Assembly (NCBI GenBank): GCA_050015075.1
Contig: JBEKCB010000003.1
Span: 128,001 to 192,000, forward strand
From: Candidatus Brocadiia bacterium
GTDB lineage: Bacteria > Planctomycetota > Brocadiia > CAIUPP01
Direction of reading: 5' to 3'
Length of the DNA: 64,000 nucleotides
A program made the position numbers and the translations under genes. Positions 46,924 through 56,328 of this stretch are shown here, one piece after another; within the stretch, counting starts at the first letter, position 1, and each line of letters begins with the position of its first letter. The notes under the pieces were generated by a model that had not been told where the DNA came from, made no database searches, and saw only the letters and a program-made list of their open reading frames with translations.

Positions 46924-47538
46924 TTAGCGGGCGTAGAGTCGTTTTCGGCGGATGTAGGCGGCGACGGGGTCGGGGACGAGGTAGCGGATCGTCCGGCCGG
47001 CCGCGACGCGGCGGCGGATTTCGGACGAGGAGATCCCGATCAGCGGCATGGCGACCGCGCGCTTGAGGATGGCGCGCGCCGGACGCCGGCCGACGGCGCG
47101 CTCGAGGGCGGCGGCGTTCGGGTTCGCATGCCCGGGCCGGCTCAGAGGGACGAACCGGCAGAGGCGCGCGAGACGGGCGACTTCGCGCCACCCGGTGAGT
47201 TCGGCGACGGTGTCCATCCCGATCAGGAAATAGATTTGCACTCCGGCGCCGAGTTTCTCCCGCAGCGCGCGGACGGTGTCCACCGTGTACGAAATTCCCG
47301 GGCGGCGCAGCTCGATGTCCGAGGCCGAAAACGCGGGATTTCCGGCGACGGCCAGGCGGACCATCGCCAGCCGGTCCGCGCCGTCGGCGAGCGGCGCGGC
47401 GCGCTTGTGCGGCGGGAGCTTCGCCGGGATGAAGATCACGCGCTCGAGGCCCAGCGCCTCGCGCGCCGTCTCCGCCAGGACCAGGTGCCCCAGGTGGATC
47501 GGGTTGAAGCTGCCGCCGAGGATGCCCAGCTTTTTCAC
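46924..47538 (-). CDS. nadD: Nicotinate-nucleotide adenylyltransferase
   Basis: GGSFNPIHLGH, PPHK, SYTVDT, IGMD, ISSSEIR. Confidence 0.95.
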   Translation of the reverse strand: MKKLGILGGSFNPIHLGHLVLAETAREALGLERVIFIPAKLPPHKRAAPLADGADRLAMVRLAVAGNPAFSASDIELRRPGISYTVDTVRALREKLGAGVQIYFLIGMDTVAELTGWREVARLARLCRFVPLSRPGHANPNAAALERAVGRRPARAILKRAVAMPLIGISSSEIRRRVAAGRTIRYLVPDPVAAYIRRKRLYAR

Positions 47539-47682
47539 GCGCGCTCCTCTCGCTATGACCGGTTGAATTCTATCCGCGCGCGGCGGCGTTTGCAATTTCT
47601 TGACAGTGCCCCGCCGGTGTGCTAGCATTCTGAACGATGCGCAGCGGGCAGGCATTTTTGAGTGCGGCTGAGGGAGCGTGCC

Positions 47683-47898
47683 ATGTCGTGGCTGCCCAAT
47701 TTTGATACCCTTTCGGACCAGGAGCAGCCCTGGTTCATCTACGTCATCGTCCTGGTGACGCTGGCCCAGTTGCTGATGCTGTCGCTGGTGCTCGTGCTGT
47801 TCTACAAAGTGCAGCGCCTGGTGGAGAAGCTCGACCGCATTTCCACCGACGCCGGAAAGTTCGTCCAGATGGGGATGATGTACTTCAAGAAACAGTAG
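47683..47898 (+). CDS. Small single-TM protein
   Basis: GGGAG site upstream, long hydrophobic helix, host-like codon usage. Confidence 0.65.
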   Translation: MSWLPNFDTLSDQEQPWFIYVIVLVTLAQLLMLSLVLVLFYKVQRLVEKLDRISTDAGKFVQMGMMYFKKQ

Positions 47899-47948
47899 CG
47901 CCGCCGCGCCCCGCCCGCCGCTGCCGCGAATGAGGAAAGAGCCCGACC

Positions 47949-49133
47949 ATGAGCGAGACCGTCGCGTACTTCGACTGCTTCTCCGGCGCCAGCGGCGACA
48001 TGATCCTCGGCGCGCTGCTCGACTGCGGGCTGCCGCTGGAGGCGCTCGTGGCCGACCTGGCGCTGCTCGCGCCCGGGCTGATCCGGCTCCGCGCCGAGAA
48101 GGTCCTGCGCGGCGGCATCCGCGCGCTGCAGGTGACGGTCGAGACCGCCGACGAGCCGCAGCCTCCGCACCGCAGCCTGGAGACGATCCGCGCGATGATC
48201 CTCGGCTCGCGCCTGCCGGAGCGCGTGAAGGAGCGCGCGATGGCGGTCTTCACGCGGCTCGGCGAGGCCGAAGCGGCGATCCATGACGTGCCCGTCGAGA
48301 AGATCCACTTCCACGAAGTCGGCGCGCTCGACGCGATCGCGGACATCGTCGGCGCGGTCGCGGGCCTCGAGCGGCTCGGCGTCGGCGCGGTGTTCTTCTC
48401 GACGCTGCACCTCGGCGGCGGCACGGTGAAATCGCAGCACGGCACGCTGCCGGTGCCCGCGCCGGCGACGGCTGCTCTGGTCGCCGGCTTGCAATGCGAA
48501 CTCGGCCCGATCTCGCGCGAACTGCTCACGCCGACCGGCGCGGCGATCCTGACCACGCTGGGCCGGCAGGGCTCGCCCGGCCCGCTGCGGGTCGAGCGCG
48601 TCGGCTACGGCGCGGGCTCGCGCGACAACGCGGACCACCCGAACGTCCTGCGGCTGATGCTCGGACAGGCGGCGCCCGCGGCCGAGGCGGACGCGGCCTG
48701 GGTGATCGAGGTCAACCTCGACGACACGACCGCCGAGGTCATCGGCCACACCATCGAGCAGCTTCTCGCCGCCGGCGCGCTCGACGCCTGGGCGGCGCCG
48801 CTCCAGATGAAGAAATCGCGGCCGGGCTGGATGCTCTGCGCGATCGTCCAGGACGAGTCGCTCCGCCGCGCCGAGGAAATCCTCTTCCGCGAGACCACCA
48901 CCTTCGGCATCCGCCGCCACCGCGTCGAGCGGGCCAAGCTCGCGCGCGAGCTGCGCGCCGTCGAGACGCCGTTCGGCCCCGTCCGCGTCAAGGTCGGCAC
49001 GCGCGACGGAAAGCTCGTCACCGCGTCGCCGGAGTACGAGGACTGCCGCCGCATCGCGCTCGAAAAAAACGTCCCGCTGCGCGAGGTCATGGACGCGGCG
49101 CGGAGGGCATTCGACGGAGAACGGCGAACCTAG
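47949..49133 (+). CDS. larC: Nickel pincer cofactor biosynthesis protein LarC
   Basis: DCFSGASGDM, HFHEVGALD, HG.LPVPAPAT, TPTGAA, NLDD, MKKSRPG, PEYEDC. Confidence 0.95.
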   Translation: MSETVAYFDCFSGASGDMILGALLDCGLPLEALVADLALLAPGLIRLRAEKVLRGGIRALQVTVETADEPQPPHRSLETIRAMILGSRLPERVKERAMAVFTRLGEAEAAIHDVPVEKIHFHEVGALDAIADIVGAVAGLERLGVGAVFFSTLHLGGGTVKSQHGTLPVPAPATAALVAGLQCELGPISRELLTPTGAAILTTLGRQGSPGPLRVERVGYGAGSRDNADHPNVLRLMLGQAAPAAEADAAWVIEVNLDDTTAEVIGHTIEQLLAAGALDAWAAPLQMKKSRPGWMLCAIVQDESLRRAEEILFRETTTFGIRRHRVERAKLARELRAVETPFGPVRVKVGTRDGKLVTASPEYEDCRRIALEKNVPLREVMDAARRAFDGERRT

Positions 49134-49153
49134 AACACCCGACGCCGAAGTGG

Positions 49154-49318
49154 TAGTGTGGCGTTTCGGAAATAAGTTCCGTAATACGCGGTCATTCCGA
49201 GCGAAGCGAGGAATCTCATACGCAGCGTGCAGGCAACGGTTTGTGGTATGAGACCCTTCGCTGCGCTCAGGGTGACGCGGTCTGGACTCAAGCGTGCCAC
49301 TTCCGGAATACGATACTA
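49154..49318. mobile_element. MITE-like element: imperfect TAGT-start terminal inverted repeats enclosing an internal palindrome
   Basis: tagtgtggcgtttcggaaat versus reverse complement tagtatcgtattccggaagt (14/20); inner gtcattccgagcgaagcgagg..cccttcgctgcgctcagggtgac. Confidence 0.55.
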
Positions 49319-51205
49319 GGTCAGCGGTGAATGCGCGGTCATTGACACTCCGGCCGCGTCCAGGAATTCCCTGCACCACATCTCCAGGCAGATCAGCGTC
49401 CAGAGCTGGCGGCGCTCGAACATGCCGTAGCGGGGGCGGTTGAGGAGGCGCGCGACGGCGGCCGGCTCGAAGAGGCCCCGGCGGCGGACCGCGTCGGGGC
49501 CGAGAAGTTCCTGCACCATCCCTCGCATTTCGCCCGCAGCCCATTGGCCGACGGGCACCGCGAAGCCGGTCTTCCGGCGGCGGACGATATCCTCCGGCAG
49601 CAGGCCGGCGGCGACGCGACGCAGGATGCGCTTGCCCTCGAGTCCGCCCAGTTTCCATGACGGCGGCATGTGCATGACCGCCTCAACGACGCGGTGATCC
49701 AGGTACGGCACGCGCGCCTCGACGCCGTGCGCCATGGTCATGCGGTCCACCTTCACGAGCAGGTCGTCGGGCAGCCACGTGGCCAGGTCCATGCGCAGCA
49801 GTTGCTGCAGGTACGGCTCGCCGCCGGGCCGCAGGAACCGGCGGACGGCTTCGTCGGCCGGCGCGATGGTCCGGCACGATGCCTTGAGCCCATCCGAGTA
49901 CAGCCCCGCCTTCTCCGTCTGCGTGAAGACCGACTTCAGCGCCAGGTACGCCGCGGGCCGGTCCTCCAGGCCGGCGGCATACTCCGCGCCGCGGGCGGCG
50001 GCGGTCCAGCGGGAGAATTTCGAGAGCACGAACCGTATCGCGGCCGACGGGCTGACGGCGGAGAGCCGGTCGGCCCAGGCGAGGATCTTGTAGTGCGAGT
50101 AGCCCGCGAACAGCTCGTCGGCGCCCTCGCCGGTCAGCACCACGGTGACGCACGGCTTGGTCAGCTCCGCCATGAAGTACGTCGGGATCGCCGCGGAATC
50201 GGCCACCGGCTCGTCGAGTGCGCGGATGATCTTCGGCAGGCCTGCGACCGACTGCCGGCGCACGACCAGTTCGCGGTGGTTCGTGCCGAACCGGTCCGCG
50301 ACGCGGCGCGCGTACGGGCGCTCGTCGAAGCCGTGCTCCTCGAAGCCGACCGAGAACGTGTTCACCGGCGTGTGCGACGCCAGGGACATCAGCGCGACCA
50401 CCAGGCTGCTGTCGAGTCCGCCGGAGAGATAGGCGCCCAGCGGCACGTCGCTGATCATGCGGCAGCGGACGGCCTCCTCGAGATGCGCGCGCAGTTCGGA
50501 GGCCTCGACCGCGAAGGGCCGGCCCTTGTGGATCGGCTCGGCGCGCGGCAGTTCCCAATACCGCCGGATGACGCAGTGTCCGTCGCGGACGGTGAGCGTG
50601 TGTCCCGGCGGCAGCTTGCGCGCGCCTGTTACGATCGTCCGCGGCGCGGGGACGTACATGAACGTCAGGTACCGGTCGAGCCCTTCGGGATCGAGTTCGC
50701 GGGCGACGCCGCCGTGCGCCAGGATCGCCTTAAGCTCCGAGGCGAAGAGGAACCGCCCGCCCGGCAGTTCGGCGTAGAAGAGCGGCTTGATCCCGAGCCG
50801 GTCGCGCGCCAGGAAGAGCGTGCGCTCGACGGAGTCCCAGATCGCGAAGGCGAACATGCCGATCAACTGCTCGACGCAGCGCTGGCCCATCTGCTCGTAG
50901 AGATGGACGATGACTTCCGTGTCGCTCTGCGTCCGGAACGTATGCCCCTGGCCGATCAGTTCGCCGCGGAGTTCCCGGTAGTTGTAGATCTCGCCGTTGA
51001 AGATGACGTGATAGCGGCCGGACTCGTCGCTCATCGGCTGGCGGCCGCCGGCGAGGTCAATGATGCTCAGCCGCTCGTGGAGGAGCGTGGCCGAGTCGTC
51101 CTCGTAGGCGCCCTGCCCGTCGGGCCCGCGATGGCGGATCGTCGAGCGCATGCGCTCGGCCGCTTCGCGGTCCCTTGGTCCGATCCAGCCGCTGATCCCG
51201 CACAC
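49316..51205 (-). CDS. asnB: Asparagine synthase (glutamine-hydrolysing) family amidotransferase
   Basis: MCGI, HRGPD, RLSIID, FNGEIYN, LSGGLDSS, GEGADELFAGY, KVDRMTM. Confidence 0.95.
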   Translation of the reverse strand: MCGISGWIGPRDREAAERMRSTIRHRGPDGQGAYEDDSATLLHERLSIIDLAGGRQPMSDESGRYHVIFNGEIYNYRELRGELIGQGHTFRTQSDTEVIVHLYEQMGQRCVEQLIGMFAFAIWDSVERTLFLARDRLGIKPLFYAELPGGRFLFASELKAILAHGGVARELDPEGLDRYLTFMYVPAPRTIVTGARKLPPGHTLTVRDGHCVIRRYWELPRAEPIHKGRPFAVEASELRAHLEEAVRCRMISDVPLGAYLSGGLDSSLVVALMSLASHTPVNTFSVGFEEHGFDERPYARRVADRFGTNHRELVVRRQSVAGLPKIIRALDEPVADSAAIPTYFMAELTKPCVTVVLTGEGADELFAGYSHYKILAWADRLSAVSPSAAIRFVLSKFSRWTAAARGAEYAAGLEDRPAAYLALKSVFTQTEKAGLYSDGLKASCRTIAPADEAVRRFLRPGGEPYLQQLLRMDLATWLPDDLLVKVDRMTMAHGVEARVPYLDHRVVEAVMHMPPSWKLGGLEGKRILRRVAAGLLPEDIVRRRKTGFAVPVGQWAAGEMRGMVQELLGPDAVRRRGLFEPAAVARLLNRPRYGMFERRQLWTLICLEMWCREFLDAAGVSMTAHSPLT

Positions 51206-51242
51206 ATTGATATCCGCATAAGAAACCCGGCGGCGGCTCTAG

Positions 51243-51297
51243 CTGCTCGTAGTGTGCCCGTCAGGGCATACGACGTAGCGCCTGACGGCGCCACTAC
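51243..51297. repeat. REP-like GTAG palindromic repeat, copy 2
   Basis: ctgctcgtagtgtgcccgtcagggcatacgacgtagcgcctgacggcgccactac. Confidence 0.85.
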
Positions 51298-51308
51298 AAG
51301 CGGCCGCT

Positions 51309-52313
51309 TCAACGCGTATTCACGTACGGAGCAATCGCGAAGTCCCGGTGAGCATTCGGATCGCCGGCCTTGCCCGCCTCGGCCGCTTTCACGATGTTGT
51401 ACGCCTCGCGCGCGGTGACGTAATGAAGCCGCCACGCGCTTTCCTTGTACCGCTTCGCGAGGTGCGAGTGCAACTGCTGCATGCCGGAATTGAAGTACGC
51501 GCTGAAGTTCTGCGGCCGCGCGCCGTGCATGTGCACCTTGACGAAGACCCATTCCGGCCGGCCGACGACGCTGACGTTCGCGGCGACCCATCGGTCCACG
51601 CGCCGCGGCCTCGGCGGCATGTGCGCCTCCATCGAGCAAGTCAGGCGGAGCCGGTCGGCGATCCACGGCAGCGCCGGAATCCACCCCGCCGGCCGCGGCA
51701 CGCCGCTCAGCCGGCCCGGGCCCTGGAAGATCATCAGGTCGCCCGACGGCTTTCCGCCGGCGTGCACGTCCTCGCCCGTGTCGTACGACTTCGGCCGCGC
51801 CGGATCGTCCGCCGCGTAATAGATGCTGTTGCATTTGCCCGGCTGCATTCGGCCCCAGGCGGGAAACGTGAAGTCCGCGTAGCAGTTCGCCTGGCGCAAC
51901 ACGGCGAGTTCGTCGTTCACGCCGCAGTGCTCGTCGCCGCGCGAGTTGTCGAGCGACCACTTGCCGTGCACGAAGCCGAACGTGGAGACCGGTTCCGGCC
52001 CGATGGTGATCAGCGCGCCGGACCGCGCGTAAACTGCCTTGCGCCGCTCCAGTTTCTCGCGAAGCCCGTCGGCGGTATCGCGGCTGTGGTGCAGGTGCAC
52101 TTCGATCTCGCCGAGCCCCATCCGGCAGAGCGCTCCGAGCGAGTCCAGCACGGCCGGGTCCTCGGCATCGTAAAACCAGGTATGCCGTGGACTGCGCCCG
52201 TCGGAATCGGTGAACGCTTTCGCGACTTCGGGATAGCCCTGCCTCCACGCCGCGACCGACTCGGCCGAGCGCGGCTCGAAATGGTCGGCGAAGAGGAAGA
52301 TCAGGTGGCGCAC
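51309..52313 (-). CDS. Hypothetical His-rich putative metalloenzyme in a glycosyltransferase operon
   Basis: DHFEP, EVHLHH, FVHGKW.LDN, YADFT, FVKVH.HG, HYVTARE. Confidence 0.75.
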   Translation of the reverse strand: MRHLIFLFADHFEPRSAESVAAWRQGYPEVAKAFTDSDGRSPRHTWFYDAEDPAVLDSLGALCRMGLGEIEVHLHHSRDTADGLREKLERRKAVYARSGALITIGPEPVSTFGFVHGKWSLDNSRGDEHCGVNDELAVLRQANCYADFTFPAWGRMQPGKCNSIYYAADDPARPKSYDTGEDVHAGGKPSGDLMIFQGPGRLSGVPRPAGWIPALPWIADRLRLTCSMEAHMPPRPRRVDRWVAANVSVVGRPEWVFVKVHMHGARPQNFSAYFNSGMQQLHSHLAKRYKESAWRLHYVTAREAYNIVKAAEAGKAGDPNAHRDFAIAPYVNTR

Positions 52314-53476
52314 GGCGTGGCTCCATGCTCGGCGCGAAGCAGGACCGCCTCGTACTCGGCGGCGATTTTATCCCATGAGAAATCCGCGGCTCGCGACAGC
52401 GCGTTGCGGCTCATGGAACGCCAGGTCTCCGCGTCGCCGAGGAGGCGCGCGGCGGCGCGCGCGAGCGCGTCCGGGGCTTTCGGCGGGACCAGGATTCCCT
52501 CGCGGCCGTCGGTGATCGTCTCGCGGATTCCCGGCACGTCGGAGGCCACGCACGGCAGGCCGGCGGCGAGCGCTTCGAGGATCACGTTCGAGTGCCCCTC
52601 GGCGTACGACGGCAGCAGCAGCAGCGAGGCGGACTGATAGGCGGCCGGCAGCGCAGCCGGATCGAGCCAGCCGAGGAACCGCACCTCCGAGTTCGATCCG
52701 GCGGCGCGCAGAGCCGCGGCCTGCGCCTCGAGCGCCGCCCGCGACGGTCCGTCGCCGATGATCGTCAGCCGCGCCGGCCGGCCGAGCGCCCGCTCCAGCG
52801 CCGGCAACGCCGCAATCGCGTCCTGCACGCCCTTGAATTCCTGCAGCCGCCCGACGAAGAGCAGTTCCATCCTGTCCGGCGGCACGGAGCGCTCCCTGGG
52901 CGGCTTGAACCGCTCGGTGTCCACGCCGTTCGGAATGACCTCGATGCGCGCCTCCGGAAGGACGGCCAGCGCCGCGAGCCGGAGCGCATCGCTGACGGCG
53001 ATCAGTCCGGCCGCGTCGCGATACATCCGGCGCAGCAGCGGCCGCGTCAGCGCGTGCAGCCGCTGATGGGCGGCCAGCTCCGGCCGCGGCACGTCCGATC
53101 CGCGCAACGAGAGAACGTACGGGATGCCGCGCCGGCGCCACAGCCGCCACGCCGCCGGCCCGCCCGGAATCCCGAAGAACGCGCAGACGACCGTCGGCTT
53201 CATCTCGTCCGCCAGCCGCCGCGCCGCCGGGATGCTCCTGCGCATGAACGAGAGCAGCTCGACCGGCGTGCATTGATCCGGCTTCTTCCGCCGCACGCGG
53301 AGGCGATGGATCGCGACGCCGTCGCTCTGTTCCCGCTCCGGCAGCCCAGGGAAAAGCGAGGAGAGAATGGCGACCGAATGGCCCCGGAGCGCCAGGCGGC
53401 GCGCGATTTGCAGCGCCGCACGCCCGCCTCCGCCGCCGATCGGGGGAAGCTCGTAGCTGATGAAGAGGACCCTCAT
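52301..53476 (-). CDS. GT4 glycosyltransferase
   Basis: IPNGVD, FVGRL..KG, EGHSNVILEA, SDVPG. Confidence 0.92.
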   Translation of the reverse strand: MRVLFISYELPPIGGGGGRAALQIARRLALRGHSVAILSSLFPGLPEREQSDGVAIHRLRVRRKKPDQCTPVELLSFMRRSIPAARRLADEMKPTVVCAFFGIPGGPAAWRLWRRRGIPYVLSLRGSDVPRPELAAHQRLHALTRPLLRRMYRDAAGLIAVSDALRLAALAVLPEARIEVIPNGVDTERFKPPRERSVPPDRMELLFVGRLQEFKGVQDAIAALPALERALGRPARLTIIGDGPSRAALEAQAAALRAAGSNSEVRFLGWLDPAALPAAYQSASLLLLPSYAEGHSNVILEALAAGLPCVASDVPGIRETITDGREGILVPPKAPDALARAAARLLGDAETWRSMSRNALSRAADFSWDKIAAEYEAVLLRAEHGATPCAT

Positions 53477-54456
53477 GCGCCGCGGACGCCCTCGCCGGAA
53501 TGCCCCGGAGCCGAGCCGCCGCTGAACCGCTCGCGCACGACGTACGTCGGTTTCTCGTGCAGCTCGTAGTAAGTCCGGATCGTGATCTCGCCGAGCAGCC
53601 CGATGCAGATGAACTGGAACCCGACCAGCACGCAGAGCCCCGAGAGGATGAAGAACGGGTTGCCCGTGATATTGTAGCCGGCGAAGTACTTCATGAGGAC
53701 CGTCAGCGCCAGGAAGAGGAAGCCGACGAGAAATGAGGCGATGCCGACCTTGCCGAAGACCTGGATCGGCCGCGTGGAATAGCTGACGAGGAACTTGACG
53801 TTGATCAGGTCGAGGATGACCGGGACCACGCGCTCGAGGCCGTACTTGCTCTTGCCGGCGACGCGCGCGCGGTGGCGCACGGGGACCTCGGCGACGCGGA
53901 CGCCCATCCACGCCGAGAGCGCGGGAATGAAGCGGTGCATCTCGCCGTAAAGGCGGAGGCCGCGGAGCACCTCGCGGCGGTAGGCCTTCAGGGAGCAGCC
54001 GTAGTCGTGCAGGCGCACGTTGGTAATCTTGCTGATCAGCCGGTTGCCGACCCAGCTCGGGAGGCGGCGCGTCAGCCAGGCGTCCTTGCGGTCCTTGCGC
54101 CAGCCGCTGACCACGTCGTAGCCTTCGTCAATCTTCGCGAGCAGCAGCGGGATTTCGCGGGGGTCGTTCTGCAGATCGCCGTCCATCGGGCAGATCACGT
54201 CGCCGGTGGCGATGTCGAAGCCGGCCGAGAGCGCCGCCGTCTGCCCGAAATTCCGGCGCAGCCGAAGCACCGTCACGCGCGGATCGCCCGCGCACGCCTG
54301 GACGAGCCGCTGGTAGGTGTCGTCGGTCGAGCCGTCATCCACGAAGATCATCTCGGCGATGCGCTTCTCGGCGTCCGCGAACTCGCGAAGCTCGCGGCAG
54401 AGCGGCTCGACGTTCATCGCTTCGTTATGGAGCGGCACGACGATGCTGACTTTCAT
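53473..54456 (-). CDS. GT2 polyprenol-phosphate glycosyltransferase (ArnC/GtrB-like)
   Basis: VDDGSTD, RNFGQTAA, MDGDLQNDP, GEMHRFIP, two C-terminal TMs. Confidence 0.92.
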   Translation of the reverse strand: MKVSIVVPLHNEAMNVEPLCRELREFADAEKRIAEMIFVDDGSTDDTYQRLVQACAGDPRVTVLRLRRNFGQTAALSAGFDIATGDVICPMDGDLQNDPREIPLLLAKIDEGYDVVSGWRKDRKDAWLTRRLPSWVGNRLISKITNVRLHDYGCSLKAYRREVLRGLRLYGEMHRFIPALSAWMGVRVAEVPVRHRARVAGKSKYGLERVVPVILDLINVKFLVSYSTRPIQVFGKVGIASFLVGFLFLALTVLMKYFAGYNITGNPFFILSGLCVLVGFQFICIGLLGEITIRTYYELHEKPTYVVRERFSGGSAPGHSGEGVRGA

Positions 54457-54595
54457 GGGCATTATTCTAATCGCAATCGGCGCGGGAATCCACTGCTCTT
54501 CCAGGGGCTTTTGTTGACAATCGCCGGATGCTTTGGGATATTGAGCGCGGCGAGGAACGTTCAACAAAATCAATTATGGGCTATGCGACGCCGCC

Positions 54596-55711
54596 ATGCG
54601 CAAGGAAGCAACATATGCAGCCGCGACCAAAAAAGCGGCTCGTCTGATTGTAAAAGAAAAGAAGACGGAAGCAAGAGCTGTCCTCCAAGATGCTCTAGGA
54701 CGAGCGGTCGCGGCGAAGCAGGAAGGATATGCCTTATTCTTCCAAGGTGAATTGGCGTTCTTGGATGGTGAGCCGCTCAAAGGCTTCGAACTTGAGAAGC
54801 GGGCAAGAGAGCTTAAGCCAAGGTCACTTACAATTCTGCGAACTTTAGGGCTAAAAAGCTTAGCTCTCGGCAGGCTCGCAGAAGCCATTGAACGGTTCGA
54901 TGAGATACTGGCTATTAGGCCTAGAGATGCATGGGCACGGCTTTGCCGCTCGAGTGCCCAACTTAGCATTACCATTGCTGGCTTGAAAACGCACTTCGAT
55001 GAGATCAGTGCCGCGCGCGAAAAGGAGGAGCAAAGGATAAAGCTGGATGCGTGGCGGTCGCTTTCGGCCAGGGCCGCACACCGAATCGGAAATCAACTTT
55101 TCGCCTCCATGGGCGCTTTGCGGACGCTCTCAAAGCTGGACGTCCCCGAAGCACGAGAGGCTGTTGAAGATCTTTCGGGCAACGTAGATAGAATACGAAG
55201 GATCGTGCAGGAGTTTCAGCGTTTCAGCGCAAATGAGGCGCCCAGGTTACTACCAGCTGACATTGCGGTCCTCGTCAGCGATGTCGTACGACGTCACACG
55301 GACTTGAAACCGAACATTGCGCTCTCCTCGCAGGTTCAGGGACCATTTATTTGCGAAATCGACCGCATCCAGTTCGAGCAGGCGCTGGGAGAGCTGCTTG
55401 AGAATGCAATGTTTCACACTAAGCCTGGCGGGGAAATCACTGTCCGTGTCGAGCCGGTTGAAGCGCCGAACGCGCAGAATGTTCGAATCATCATCCAAGA
55501 CACAGGCGCCGGGATACCGCCGCAATCGAAGGAGCGCATATTCCAGGCCTTTTACAGCACCAAGCCGGGCGGCAGCGGTCTCGGGCTTGCCATCGTCCGC
55601 CAGATTGTGGAAAATCACAAAGGAACGATTCGAGAGACAGGACAGGAAGGGGCAGGCGCGCGTTTCGAGATCGTCCTGCCCGTGAAGGCACGCGAGGAGA
55701 GCCGCCAATGA
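54596..55711 (+). CDS. Cytoplasmic sensor histidine kinase with N-terminal TPR region
   Basis: H-box AAHRIGNQL, N-box LLENA, DTGAGIP, F.AFYSTK, GSGLGL; TPR-like helices, no TM. Confidence 0.9.
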   Translation: MRKEATYAAATKKAARLIVKEKKTEARAVLQDALGRAVAAKQEGYALFFQGELAFLDGEPLKGFELEKRARELKPRSLTILRTLGLKSLALGRLAEAIERFDEILAIRPRDAWARLCRSSAQLSITIAGLKTHFDEISAAREKEEQRIKLDAWRSLSARAAHRIGNQLFASMGALRTLSKLDVPEAREAVEDLSGNVDRIRRIVQEFQRFSANEAPRLLPADIAVLVSDVVRRHTDLKPNIALSSQVQGPFICEIDRIQFEQALGELLENAMFHTKPGGEITVRVEPVEAPNAQNVRIIIQDTGAGIPPQSKERIFQAFYSTKPGGSGLGLAIVRQIVENHKGTIRETGQEGAGARFEIVLPVKAREESRQ

Positions 55712-56328
55712 AAGTACTAGCGATTGACGATCAGGCCGAGGCGCTCAAGCAAATCGAGAAGGCCCTTTCCGGCGCCAAAGGTCCCGACGACATGCCGTAT
55801 GAAGTCATGGCGCTGGCGGACCACCACGCGGCGCTGGAACTCCTGACGAGAGAACATTTTGACGTCATCGTCACCGACATGGTTATGGGCAACCAGGAGA
55901 AGGAAGGGCTGGAGATTCTTCGCGAAATGACGGGCAAGTCGCCGATAACTATTGTCCTGACTGCCTATCCTTCAATTCCGAATTGTGTCGCTGCGATGCG
56001 CGCGGGCGCATGGGACTATCTTGAGAAGACGCCTGCAGATGGGAGTGATCCATATGAGATCCTGTTGAATTCTGTGAGCCAAGCATGCCGAGAGCGGCTG
56101 GCAAGGCCTGAGGCCGGCCGCGTGAACCCGGACGCTACATGGGTTAAAGACCACTATGAAGAACTGACGGCAAAGTATGCCGGAAAGATCGTTGCGGTTC
56201 TCGATGGGAAGGTGGTTGACGAGGACGAGAACTACGGAAAGCTGGCGGAACGCGTCAAGCGCGATTACCCTGTTGCCGTGCCTACGCTAGTCTTGGTGCC
56301 GGACACAAAGGTGGATGCAATCGATTGA
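55708..56328 (+). CDS. Response regulator: receiver fused to a DUF5678-like C-terminal domain
   Basis: IDD, VTDMVM, LTAY, YLEK; tail WVKDHYEELTAKYAGKIVAVLDGKVVD. Confidence 0.85.
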   Translation: MKVLAIDDQAEALKQIEKALSGAKGPDDMPYEVMALADHHAALELLTREHFDVIVTDMVMGNQEKEGLEILREMTGKSPITIVLTAYPSIPNCVAAMRAGAWDYLEKTPADGSDPYEILLNSVSQACRERLARPEAGRVNPDATWVKDHYEELTAKYAGKIVAVLDGKVVDEDENYGKLAERVKRDYPVAVPTLVLVPDTKVDAID

